Under the pieces are notes generated by a model. That model had not been told where the DNA came from and did not search any database. It was given only the letters and a program-made list of their open reading frames with translations. Shown in pieces: positions 51,701 through 64,000 of a stretch of DNA of 64,000 nt; the first letter of the stretch is position 1, and each line of letters opens with the position of its first letter. This DNA is from Eledone cirrhosa (Eukaryota): assembly GCA_964016885.1 (NCBI GenBank), contig OZ024743.1, positions 378,696,001-378,760,000 of the forward strand. The letters are read 5' to 3'. The position numbers and the translations under genes were made by a program.

Positions 51701-54700
51701 AGAGAGAGTGAGTTTTACACCACACCCCTACCCCAGTTTCTCCTACACTAGAGAGAGAGAGTGAGTTTTACACCCCACCACTACCCCAGTTTCTCCTACA
51801 CTAGAGAGAGAGAGAGAGTTTTACACCCCACCCCTACCCCAGTTTCTCCTTCACTAGAGAGAGAGAGTGAGTTTTACACCACACCCCTACCCCAGTTTCT
51901 CCTACACTAGAGAGAGAGAGTGAGTTTTACACCCCACCACTACCCCAGTTTCTCCTACACTAGAGAGAGAGTTTTACACCCCACCCCTACCCCAGTTTCT
52001 CCTACACTAGAGAGAGAGAGAGAGTTTTACACCCCACCCCTACCCCAGTTTCTCCTACACTAGAGAGAGAGAGAGAGTTTTACATCCCACCACTACCCCA
52101 GTTTCTCCTACACTAGAGAGAGAGAGTGAGTTTTACACCCCACCACTACCCCAGTTTCTCCTACACTAGAGAGAGAGAGAGTTTTACACCCCACCACTAC
52201 CCCAGCTTCTCCTACACTAGAGAGAGAGTTTTACACCCCACCACTACCCCAGTTTCTCCTACACTAGAGAGAGAGAGCGTTTTACACCCCACCACTACCC
52301 CAGTTTCTCCTACACTAGAGAGAGAGAGATTTTTACACCCCACCACTACCCCAATTTCTCCTACACTAGAGAGACAGAGAGTTTTACACACAACCACTAC
52401 GTCAGTTTCTCCTACACTAGAGAGAGAGAGATTTTTACACCCCACCACTACCCCAGTTTCTCCTACACTAGAGAGAGAGTTTTACACCCCACCCCTACCC
52501 CAGTTTCTCCTACACTAGAGAGAGAGTTTTACACCCCACCCCTACCCCACTTTCTCCTACAATAGAGAGAGAGGGAGAGTTTTACACCCCACCACTGCCC
52601 CAGTTTCTCCTACACTAGGGAGAGAGAGAGTTTTACACCCCACCACTACCCCAGTTTCTCCTACACTAGGGAGAGAGAGAGTTTTACACCCCACCACTAC
52701 CCCAGTTTCTCCTACGCTAGAGAGAGAGTTTTACACCCCACCACTAGCCCAGTTTCTCCTACACTAGAGAGAGAGACTTTTACACCCCACCACTAGCCCA
52801 GTTTCTCCTACACTAGAGAGAGAGAGAGAGTTTTACACCCCACCACACCCCAGTTTCTCCTACACTAGAGAGAGACAGAGAGAGTTTTACACACCACCCC
52901 TACCCCAGTTTCTCCTACACTAGAGAGAGAGAGAGAATTTTACACCCCACCCCTACCCCAGTTTCTCCTACACTAGAGAGAGAGTTTTACACCCCACCCC
53001 TACCCCACTTTCTCCTACAATAGAGAGAGAGAGAGAGTTTTACACCCCACCCCTACCCCAGTTTCTCCTACACTAGAGGGAGAGTTTTACACCCCACCAC
53101 TGCCCCAGTTTCTCCTACACTAGAGACAGAGAGAGTTTTACACCCCACCACTGCCCCAGTTTCTCCTACACTAGAGACAGAGAGAGCTTTACACCCCACC
53201 ACTACCCCAGTTTCTCCTACGCTAGAGAGAGAATTTTACACCCCACCACTGCCCCAGTTTCTCCTACACTAGAGACAGAGAGAGTTTTACACCCCACCAC
53301 TACCCCAGTTTCTCCTACACTAGAGAGAGAGTTTTACACCCCACCACTACCCCCACTTTCTCCTACAGTAGAGAGAGAGTTTTACACCCCACCCCTACCC
53401 CAGTTTCTCCTACGCTAGAGAGAGAGAGAGAGTTTTACACCCCACCCCTACCCCAGTTTCTCCTACACTAGAGAGAGAGAGTGAGTTTTACACCACACCC
53501 CTACCCCAGTTTCTCCTTCACTAGAGAGAGAGAGTGAGTTTTACACCACACCCCTACCCCAGTTTCTCCTACACTAGAGAGAGAGAGTGAGTTTTACACC
53601 CCACCACTACCCCAGTTTCTCCTACACTAGAGAGAGAGTTTTACACCCCACCCCTACCCCAGTTTCTCCTACACTAGAGAGAGAGAGAGAGTTTTACACC
53701 CCACCCCTACCCCAGTTTCTCCTACACTAGAGAGAGAGAGAGAGTTTTACATCCCACCACTACCCCAGTTTCTCCTACACTAGAGAGAGAGAGTGAGTTT
53801 TACACCCCACCACTACCCCAGTTTCTCCTACACTAGAGAGAGAGAGAGTTTTACACACAACCACTACCCCAGTTTCTCCTACACTAGAGAGAGAGAGAGT
53901 TTTACACCCCACCACTACCCCAGCTTCTCCTACACTAGAGAGAGAGTTTTACACCCCACCACTACCCCAGTTTCTCCTACACTAGAGAGAGAGAGCGTTT
54001 TACACCCCACCACTACCCCAGTTTCTCCTACACTAGAGAGAGAGAGATTTTTACACCCCACCACTACCCCAATTTCTCCTACACTAGAGAGACAGAGAGT
54101 TTTACACACAACCACTACGTCAGTTTCTCCTACACTAGAGAGAGAGAGATTTTTACCCCCCACCACTACCTCAGTTTCTCCTACACTAGAGAGAGAGTTT
54201 TACACCCCACCCCTACCCCAGTTTCTCCTACACTAGAGAGAGAGTTTTACACCCCACCCCTACCCCACTTTCTCCTACAATAGAGAGAGAGGGAGAGTTT
54301 TACACCCCACCACTGCCCCAGTTTCTCCTACACTAGAGAGAGAGAGAGTTTTACACCCCACCCCTACCCCAGTTTCTCCTACACTAGAGAGAGAGAGTGA
54401 GTTTTACACCCCACCACTACCCCAGTTTCTCCTACACTAGAGAGAGAGAGAGTTTTACACCCCACCCCTACCCCACTTTCTCCTACAATAGAGAGAGAGA
54501 GAGAGTTTTACACCCCACCCCTACCCCAGTTTCTCCTACACTAGAGAGAGAGTTTTACACCCCACCCCTACCCCAGTTTCTCCTACACTAGAGAGAGAGT
54601 TTTACATCCCACCCCTACCCCACTTTCTCCTACAATAGAGAGAGAGAGAGAGTTTTACACCCCACCCCTACCCCAGTTTCTCCTACACTAGAGAGAGAGT

Positions 54701-57700
54701 TTTACACCCCACCCCTACCCCAGTTTCTCCTACACTAGAGAGAGAGTTTTACACCCCACCCCTACCCCACTTTCTCCTACAATAGAGAGAGAGAGAGAGT
54801 TTTACACCCCACCCCTACCCCAGTTTCTCCTACACTAGAGAGAGAGTTTTACACCCCACCCCTAACCCAGTTTCTCCTACACTAGAGAGAGAGTTTTTCA
54901 CCCCACCCCTACCCCACTTTCTCCTACAATAGAGAGAGAGAGAGAGAGTTTTGCACCCCCACCCCTACCCCAGTTATTCCTACACTAGAGAGAGAGTTTT
55001 ACACCCCACCCCTACCCCAGTTTCTCCTACACTAGAGAGAGAGTTTTACACCCCACCCCTACCCCACTTTCTCCTACAATAGAGAGAGAGGGAGAGTTTT
55101 ACACCCCACCACTGCCCCAGTTTCTCCTACACTAGAGACAGAGAGAGTTTTACACCGCACCACTACCCCAGTTTCTCCTACGCTAGAGAATGAGTTTTAC
55201 ACACCACCACTACCCCAGTTTCTCCTACACTAGAGAGAGAATTTTACACCCCACCACTGCCCCAGTTTCTCCTACACTAGAGACAGAGAGAGTTTTACAC
55301 CCCACCACTACCCCAGTTTCTCCTACACTAGAGAGAGAGTTTTACACCCCACCACTACCCCCACTTTCTCCTACACTAGAGAGAGAGTTTTACACCCCAC
55401 CCCTACCCCAGTTTCTCCTACACTAGAGAGAGAGAGAGTTTTACACCCCACCCCTACCCGAGTTTCTCCTACACTAGAGAGAGAGAGTGAGTTTTACACC
55501 CCACCACTACCCCAGTTTCTCCTACACTAGAGAGAGAGTTTTACACCCCACCCCTACCCCAGTTTCTCCTACACTAGAGAGAGAGAGAGAGTTTTACATC
55601 CCACCACTACCCCAGTTTCTCCTACACTAGAGAGAGAGAGTGAGTTTTACACCCCACCACTACCCCAGTTTCTCCTACACTAGAGAGAGAGAGAGTTTTA
55701 CACACAACCACTACCCCAGTTTCTCCTACACTAGAGAGAGAGAGAGTTTTACACCCCACCACTACCCCAGCTTCTCCTACACTAGAGAGAGAGTTTTACA
55801 CCCCACCACTACCCCAGTTTCTCCTACACTAGAGAGAGAGAGCGTTTTACACCCCACCACTACCCCAGTTTCTCCTACACTAGAGAGAGAGAGATTTTTA
55901 CACCCCACCACTACCCCAATTTCTCCTACACTAGAGAGAGAGTTTTACACCCCACCCCTACCCCAGTTTCTCCTACACTAGAGAGAGAGTTTTACACCCC
56001 ACCCCTACCCCACTTTCTCCTACAATAGAGAGAGAGGGAGAGTTTTACACCCCACCACTGCCCCAGTTTCTCCTACACTAGGGAGAGAGAGAGTTTTACA
56101 CCCCACCACTACCCCAGTTTCTCCTACACTAGGGAGAGAGAGAGTTTTACACCCCACCACTACCCCAGTTTCTCCTACCCTAGAGAGAGAGTTTTACACC
56201 CCACCACTAGCCCAGTTTCTCCTACACTAGAGAGAGAGAGAGAGAGTTTTACACCCCACCACCACCCCAGTTTCTCCTACACTAGAGAGAGAGAGAGAGT
56301 TTTACACCCCACCCCTACCCCAGTTTCTCCTACACTAGAGAGAGAGAGTGAGTTTTACACCCCACCACTACCCCAGTTTCTCCTACACTAGAGAGAGAGA
56401 GAGTTTTACACCCCACCCCTACCCCACTTTCTCCTACAATAGAGAGAGAGAGAGAGTTTTACACCCCACCCCTACCCCAGTTTCTCCTACACTAGAGAGA
56501 GAGTTTTACACCCCACCCCTACCCCAGTTTCTCCTACACTAGATAGAGAGTTTTACATCCCACCCCTACCCCACTTTCTCCTACAATAGAGAGAGAGAGA
56601 GAGTTTTACACCCCACCCCTACCCCAGTTTCTCCTACACTAGAGAGAGAGTTTTACACCCCACCCCTACCCCAGTTTCTCCTACACTAGAGAGAGAGTTT
56701 TACACCCCACCCCTACCCCACTTTCTCCTACAATAGAGAGAGAGAGAGAGTTTTACACCCCACCCCTACCCCAGTTTCTCCTACACTAGAGAGAGAGTTT
56801 TACACCCCACCCCTACCCCAGTTTCTCCTACACTAGAGAGAGAGTTTTTCACCCCACCCCTACCCCACTTTCTCCTACAATAGAGAGAGAGAGAGAGAGT
56901 TTTGCACCCCCACCCCTACCCCAGTTATTCCTACACTAGAGAGAGAGTTTTACACCCCACCCCTACCCCAGTTTCTCCTACACTAGAGAGAGAGTTTTAC
57001 ACCCCACCCCTACCCCACTTTCTCCTACAATAGAGAGAGAGGGAGAGTTTTACACCCCACCACTGCCCCAGTTTCTCCTACACTAGAGACAGAGAGAGTT
57101 TTACACCGCACCACTACCCCAGTTTCTCCTACGCTAGAGAATGAGTTTTACACACCACCACTACCCCAGTTTCTCCTACACTAGAGAGAGAATTTTACAC
57201 CCCACCACTGCCCCAGTTTCTCCTACACTAGAGACAGAGAGAGTTTTACACCCCACCACTACCCCAGTTTCTCCTACACTAGAGAGAGAGTTTTACACCC
57301 CACCACTACCCCCACTTTCTCCTACACTAGAGAGAGAGTTTTACACCCCACCCCTACCCCAGTTTCTCCTACACTAGAGAGAGAGAGAGTTTTACACCCC
57401 ACCCCTACCCGAGTTTCTCCTACACTAGAGGGAGAGTTTTACACCCCACCACTGCCCCAGTTTCTCCTACACTAGAGACAGAGAGAGTTTTACACCCCAC
57501 CACTACCCCAGTTTCTCCTACGCTAGAGAGAGAATTTTACACCCCACCACTGCCCCAGTTTCTCCTACACTAGAGACAGAGAGAGTTTTACACCCCACCA
57601 CTACCCCAGTTTCTCCTACACTAGAGAGAGAGAGAGAGTTTTACACCCCACCACTACCCCCACTTTCTCCTACAGTAGAGAGAGAGTTTTACACCCCACC

Positions 57701-60700
57701 CCTACCCCAGTTTCTCCTACGCTAGAGAGAGAGAGAGAGAGTTTTACACCCCACCCCTACCCCAGTTTCTCCTACACTAGAGAGAGAGAGTGAGTTTTAC
57801 ACCACACCCCTACCCCAGTTTCTCCTTCACTAGAGAGAGAGAGTGAGTTTTACACCACACCCCTACCCCAGTTTCTCCTACACTAGAGAGAGAGAGTGAG
57901 TTTTACACCCCACCACTACCCCAGTTTCTCCTACACTAGAGAGAGAGAGTGAGTTTTACACCACACCCCTACCCCAGTTTCTCCTACACTAGAGAGAGAG
58001 AGTGAGTTTTACACCCCACCACTACCCCAGTTTCTCCTACACTAGAGAGAGAGTTTTACACCCCACCCCTACCCCAGTTTCTCCTACACTAGAGAGAGAG
58101 AGAGAGTTTTACACCCCACCCCTACCCCAGTTTCTCCTACACTAGAGAGAGAGAGAGAGTTTTACATCCCACCACTACCCCAGTTTCTCCTACACTAGAG
58201 AGAGAGAGTGAGTTTTACACCCCACCACTACCCCAGTTTCTCCTACACTAGAGAGAGAGAGAGTTTTACACACAACCACTACCCCAGTTTCTCCTACACT
58301 AGAGAGAGAGAGAGTTTTACACCCCACCACTACCCCAGCTTCTCCTACACTAGAGAGAGAGTTTTACACCCCACCACTAACCCAGTTTCTCCTACACTAG
58401 AGAGAGAGAGCGTTTTACACCCCACCACTACCCCAGTTTCTCCTACACTAGAGAGAGAGAGATTTTTACACCCCACCACTACCCCAGTTTCTCCTACACT
58501 AGAGAGACAGAGAGTTTTACACACAACCACTACGTCAGTTTCTCCTACACTAGAGAGAGAGAGATTTTTACACCCCACCACTACCCCAGTTTCTCCTACA
58601 CTAGAGAGAGAGTTTTACACCCCACCCCTACCCCAGTTTCTCCTACACTAGAGAGAGAGTTTTACACCCCACCCCTACCCCACTTTCTCCTACAATAGAG
58701 AGAGAGAGAGTTTTACACCCCACCACTGCCCCAGTTTCTCCTACACTAGGGAGAGAGAGAGTTTTACACCCCACCACTACCCCAGTTTCTCCTACACTAG
58801 GGAGAGAGAGAGTTTTACACCCCACCACTACCCCAGTTTCTCCTACGCTAGAGAGAGAGTTTTACACCCCACCACTAGCCCAGTTTCTCCTACACTAGAG
58901 AGAGAGAGAGAGAGTTTTACACCCCACCACCACCCCAGTTTCTCCTACACTAGAGAGAGAGAGAGAGTTTTACACCCCACCCCTACCCCAGTTTCTCCTA
59001 CACTAGAGAGAGAGAGTGAGTTTTACACCCCACCACTACCCCAGTTTCTCCTACACTAGAGAGAGAGAGAGTTTTACACCCCACCCCTACCCCACTTTCT
59101 CCTACAATAGAGAGAGAGAGAGAGTTTTACACCCCACCCCTACCCCAGTTTCTCCTACACTAGAGAGTGAGTTTTACACCCCACCCCTACCCCAGTTTCT
59201 CCTACACTAGAGAGAGAGTTTTACACCCCACCCCTACCCCACTTTCTCCTACAATAGAGAGAGAGAGAGAGTTTTACACCCCACCCCTACCCCAGTTTCT
59301 CCTACACTAGAGAGAGAGTTTTACACCCCACCCCTACCCCAGTTTCTCCTACACCAGAGAGAGAGTTTTACACCCCACCCCTACCCCACTTTCTCCTACA
59401 ATAGAGAGAGAGAGAGAGTTTTACACCCCACCCCTACCCCAGTTTCTCCTACACTAGAGAGAGAGTTTTACACCCCACCCCTACCCCAGTTTCTCCTACA
59501 CTAGAGAGAGAGTTTTACACCCCACCCCTACCCCACTTTCTCATACAATAGAGAGAGAGGGAGAGTTTTACACCCCACCACTGCCCCAGTTTCTTCTACA
59601 CTAGAGACAGAGAGAGTTTTACACCGCACCACTACCCCAGTTTCTCCTACGCTAGAGAGAGAGTTTTACACACCACCACTACCCCAGTTTCTCCTACACT
59701 AGAGAGAGAATTTTACACCCCACCACTGCCCCAGTTTCTCCTACACTAGAGACAGAGAGAGTTTTACACCCCACCACTACCCCAGTTTCTCATACACTAG
59801 AGAGAGAGTTTTACACCCCACCACTACCCCCACTTTCTCCTACACTAGAGAGAGAGTTTTACACCCCACCCCTACCCCAGTTTCTCCTACACTAGAGAGA
59901 GAGAGAGAGTTTTACACCCCACCCCTACCCCAGTTTCTCCTACACTAGAGAGAGAATTTTACACCCCACCACTGCCCCAGTTTCTCCTACACTAGAGACA
60001 GAGAGAGTTTTACACCCCACCACTACCCCCACTTTCTCCTACACTAGAGAGAGAGTTTTACACCCCACCCCTACCCCGGTTTCTCCTACACTAGAGAGAG
60101 AGAGAGAGTTTTACACCCCACCCCTACCCCAGTTTCTCCTACACTAGAGAGAGAATTTTACACCCCACCACTGCCCCAGTTTCTCCTACACTAGAGACAG
60201 AGAGAGTTTTACACCCCACCACTACCCCAGTTTCTCCTACACTAGAGAGAGAGTTTTACACCCCACCACTACCCCCACTTTCTCCTACACTAGAGAGAGA
60301 GTTTTACACCCCACCCCTACCCCCGTTTCTCCTACACTAGAGAGAGAGAGAGTTTTACACCCCACCCCTACCCGAGTTTCTCCTACACTAGAGGGAGAGT
60401 TTTACACCCCACCACTGCCCCAGTTTCTCCTACACTAGAGACAGAGAGAGTTTTACACCCCACCACTACCCCAGTTTCTCCTACGCTAGAGAGAGAATTT
60501 TACACCCCACCACTGCCCCAGTTTCTCCTACACTAGAGACAGAGAGAGTTTTACACCCCACCACTACCCCAGTTTCTCCTACACTAGAGAGAGAGTTTTA
60601 CACCCCACCACTACCCCCACTTTCTCCTACAGTAGAGAGAGAGTTTTACACCCCACCCCTACCCCAGTTTCTCCTACGCTAGAGAGAGAGAGAGAGAGTT

Positions 60701-63700
60701 TTACACCCCACCCCTACCCCAGTTTCTCCTACACTAGAGAGAGAGAGTGAGTTTTACACCACACCCCTACCCCAGTTTCTCCTTCACTAGAGAGAGAGAG
60801 TGAGTTTTACACCACACCCCTACCCCAGTTTCTCCTACACTAGAGAGAGAGAGTGAGTTTTACACCCCACCACTACCCCAGTTTCTCCTACACTAGAGAG
60901 AGAGAGAGAGTTTTACACCCCACCCCTACCCCAGTTTCTCCTTCACTAGAGAGAGAGAGTGAGTTTTACACCACACCCCTACCCCAGTTTCTCCTACACT
61001 AGAGAGAGAGAGTGAGTTTTACACCCCACCACTACCCCAGTTTCTCCTACACTAGAGAGAGAGTTTTACACCCCACCCCTACCCCAGTTTCTCCTACACT
61101 AGAGAGAGAGAGAGAGTTTTACACCCCACCCCTACCCCAGTTTCTCCTACACTAGAGAGAGAGAGAGAGTTTTACATCCCACCACTACCCCAGTTTCTCC
61201 TACACTAGAGAGAGAGAGTGAGTTTTACACCCCACCACTACCCCAGTTTCTCCTACACTAGAGAGAGAGAGAGTTTTACACACAACCACTACCCCAGTTT
61301 CTCCTACACTAGAGAGAGAGAGAGTTTTACACCCCACCACTACCCCAGCTTCTCCTACACTAGAGAGAGAGTTTTACACCCCACCACTAACCCAGTTTCT
61401 CCTACACTAGAGAGAGAGAGCGTTTTACACCCCACCACTACCCCAGTTTCTCCTACACTAGAGAGAGAGAGATTTTTACACCCCACCACTACCCCAATTT
61501 CTCCTACACTAGAGAGACAGAGAGTTTTACACACAACCACTACGTCAGTTTCTCCTACACTAGAGAGAGAGAGATTTTTACACCCCACCACTACCCCAGT
61601 TTCTCCTACACTAGAGAGAGAGTTTTACACCCCACCCCTACCCCAGTTTCTCCTACACTAGAGAGAGAGTTTTACACCCCACCCCTACCCCACTTTCTCC
61701 TACAATAGAGAGAGAGGGAGAGTTTTACACCCCACCACTGCCCCAGTTTCTCCTACACTAGGGAGAGAGAGAGTTTTACACCCCACCACTACCCCAGTTT
61801 CTACTACACTAGGGAGAGAGAGAGTTTTACACCCCACCACTACCCCAGTTTCTCCTACGCTAGAGAGAGAGTTTTACACCCCACCACTAGCCCAGTTTCT
61901 CCTACACTAGAGAGAGAGAGAGAGAGTTTTACACCCCACCACCACCCCAGTTTCTCCTACACTAGAGAGAGAGAGAGAGTTTTACACCCCACCCCTACCC
62001 CAGTTTCTCCTACACTAGAGAGAGAGAGTGAGTTTTACACCCCACCACTACCCCAGTTTCTCCTACACTAGAGAGAGAGAGAGTTTTACACCCCACCCCT
62101 ACCCCACTTTCTCCTACAATAGAGAGAGAGAGAGAGTTTTACACCCCACCCCTACCCCAGTTTTTCCTACACTAGAGAGTGAGTTTTACACCCCACCCCT
62201 ACCCCAGTTTCTCCTACACTAGAGAGAGAGTTTTACACCCCACCCCTACCCCACTTTCTCCTACAATAGAGAGAGAGAGAGAGTTTTACACCCCACCCCT
62301 ACCCCAGTTTCTCCTACACTAGAGAGAGAGTTTTACACCCCACCCCTACCCCAGTTTCTCCTACACCAGAGAGAGAGTTTTACACCCCACCCCTACCCCA
62401 CTTTCTCCTACAATAGAGAGAGAGAGAGAGTTTTACACCCCACCCCTACCCCAGTTTCTCCTACACTAGAGAGAGAGTTTTACACCCCACCCCTACCCCA
62501 GTTTCTCCTACACTAGAGAGAGAGTTTTACACCCCACCCCTACCCCACTTTCTCATACAATAGAGAGAGAGGGAGAGTTTTACACCCCACCACTGCCCCA
62601 GTTTCTTCTACACTAGAGACAGAGAGAGTTTTACACCGCACCACTACCCCAGTTTCTCCTACGCTAGAGAGAGAGTTTTACACACCACCACTACCCCAGT
62701 TTCTCCTACACTAGAGAGAGAATTTTACACCCCACCACTGCCCCAGTTTCTCCTACACTAGAGACAGAGAGAGTTTTACACCCCACCACTACCCCAGTTT
62801 CTCATACACTAGAGAGAGAGTTTTACACCCCACCACTACCCCCACTTTCTCCTACACTAGAGAGAGAGTTTTACACCCCACCCCTACCCCAGTTTCTCCT
62901 ACACTAGAGAGAGAGAGAGAGTTTTACACCCCACCCCTACCCCAGTTTCTCCTACACTAGAGAGAGAATTTTACACCCCACCACTGCCCCAGTTTCTCCT
63001 ACACTAGAGACAGAGAGAGTTTTACACCCCACCACTACCCCCACTTTCTCCTACACTAGAGAGAGAGTTTTACACCCCACCCCTACCCCGGTTTCTCCTA
63101 CACTAGAGAGAGAGAGAGACTTTTACACCCCACCCCTACCCCAGTTTCTCCTACACTAGAGAGAGAATTTTACACCCCACCACTGCCCCAGTTTCTCCTA
63201 CACTAGAGACAGAGAGAGTTTTACACCCCACCACTACCCCAGTTTCTCCTACACTAGAGAGAGAGAGTTTTACACCCCACCACTACCCCAGTTTCTCCTA
63301 CACTAGAGAGAGAGAGAGAGTTTTACACCCCACCACACCCCAGTTTCTCCTACACTAGAGAGAGACAGAGAGAGTTTTACACACCACCCCTACCCCAGTT
63401 TCTCCTACACTAGAGAGAGAGAGAGAATTTTACACCCCACCACTACCCCAGTTTCTCCTACACTAGAGAGAGAGAGAGAGTTTTTCACCCCACCCCTACC
63501 CCAGTTTCTCCTACACTAGAGAGAGAGAGTGAATTTTACACCCCACCACACCCCAGTTTCTCCTACACTAGAGAGACAGAGAGAGTTTTACACCCCACCA
63601 CACCCCAGTTTCTCCTACACTAGAGAGAGACAGAGACAGTTTTACACCCCACCCCTACCCCAGTTTCTCCTACACTAGTGAGAGGGAGAGAGTTTTTCAC

Positions 63701-64000
63701 CCCAGCACTACCCCAGTTTCTCCTACACTAGAGAGAGCGTTTTATACCCCACCACTACCCCAGTTTCTCATACACTAGAGAGTTTTACACCGCACCACTA
63801 CCCCAGTTTCTCCTACACTAGAGAGAGAGAGAGTTTTACACACAACCACTACGTCAGTTTCTCCTACACTAGAAAGAGAGAGAGTTTTACACCCCACCAC
63901 TACCCCAGTTTCTCCTACACTAGAGAGAGAGAGAGTTTTAAACCCCACCACTAACCCAGTTTCTCCTACACTAGAGAGAGAGAGAGTTTTACACCCCACC
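27795..64000. repeat. Large satellite: 38-bp core ttttacaccccaccactaccccagtttctcctacacta + (GA)nG, units mostly 45-55 bp, roughly 700-750 copies (estimate)
   Basis: A continuous head-to-tail array of more than 36 kb. I see no foreign insertion, and it runs off the right edge. Confidence 0.99.

Noticed and set aside
27693-64000. Dozens of short ORFs (SFTPHHYP, VLHPTTTPVSPTLE)
   Set aside because: They are satellite translations whose frame shifts with GA-run length.
27795-64000. CRISPR-like repeat/spacer look, or telomeric repeat
   Set aside because: The variable part is only a GA run rather than unique spacers, there are no cas genes, and the context is eukaryotic. There are no TTAGGG tracts.

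Overview
Eukaryotic, AT-rich, repeat-dense DNA. The SINE, MITE and microsatellite repertoire resembles what I know of octopus/cephalopod genomes; this is an inference, not a database result. The only supportable host gene is a spliced ELOVL1/7-type fatty-acid elongase on the minus strand: five coding exons between 4994 and 1128, all with GT-AG introns and consistent phases, containing KFIELLDT and the HxxHH box. It continues beyond the left edge. Positions 1-27.8 kb also hold three main minisatellites (67, 66 and 48 bp units), tRNA-derived SINEs, RTE and RLE-type LINE relics, piggyBac-, Tc1- and hAT-like MITEs, and a head-to-tail Helitron pair. Two long palindromes are present. The one at 13956-14118 carries a minimal type-I hammerhead ribozyme motif on each strand. 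From about 27.8 kb to the window end is one 36-kb satellite (38-bp core plus a variable GA run) with kb-scale internal duplications. The two long ORFs and the satellite ORFs in the track are repeat artefacts.
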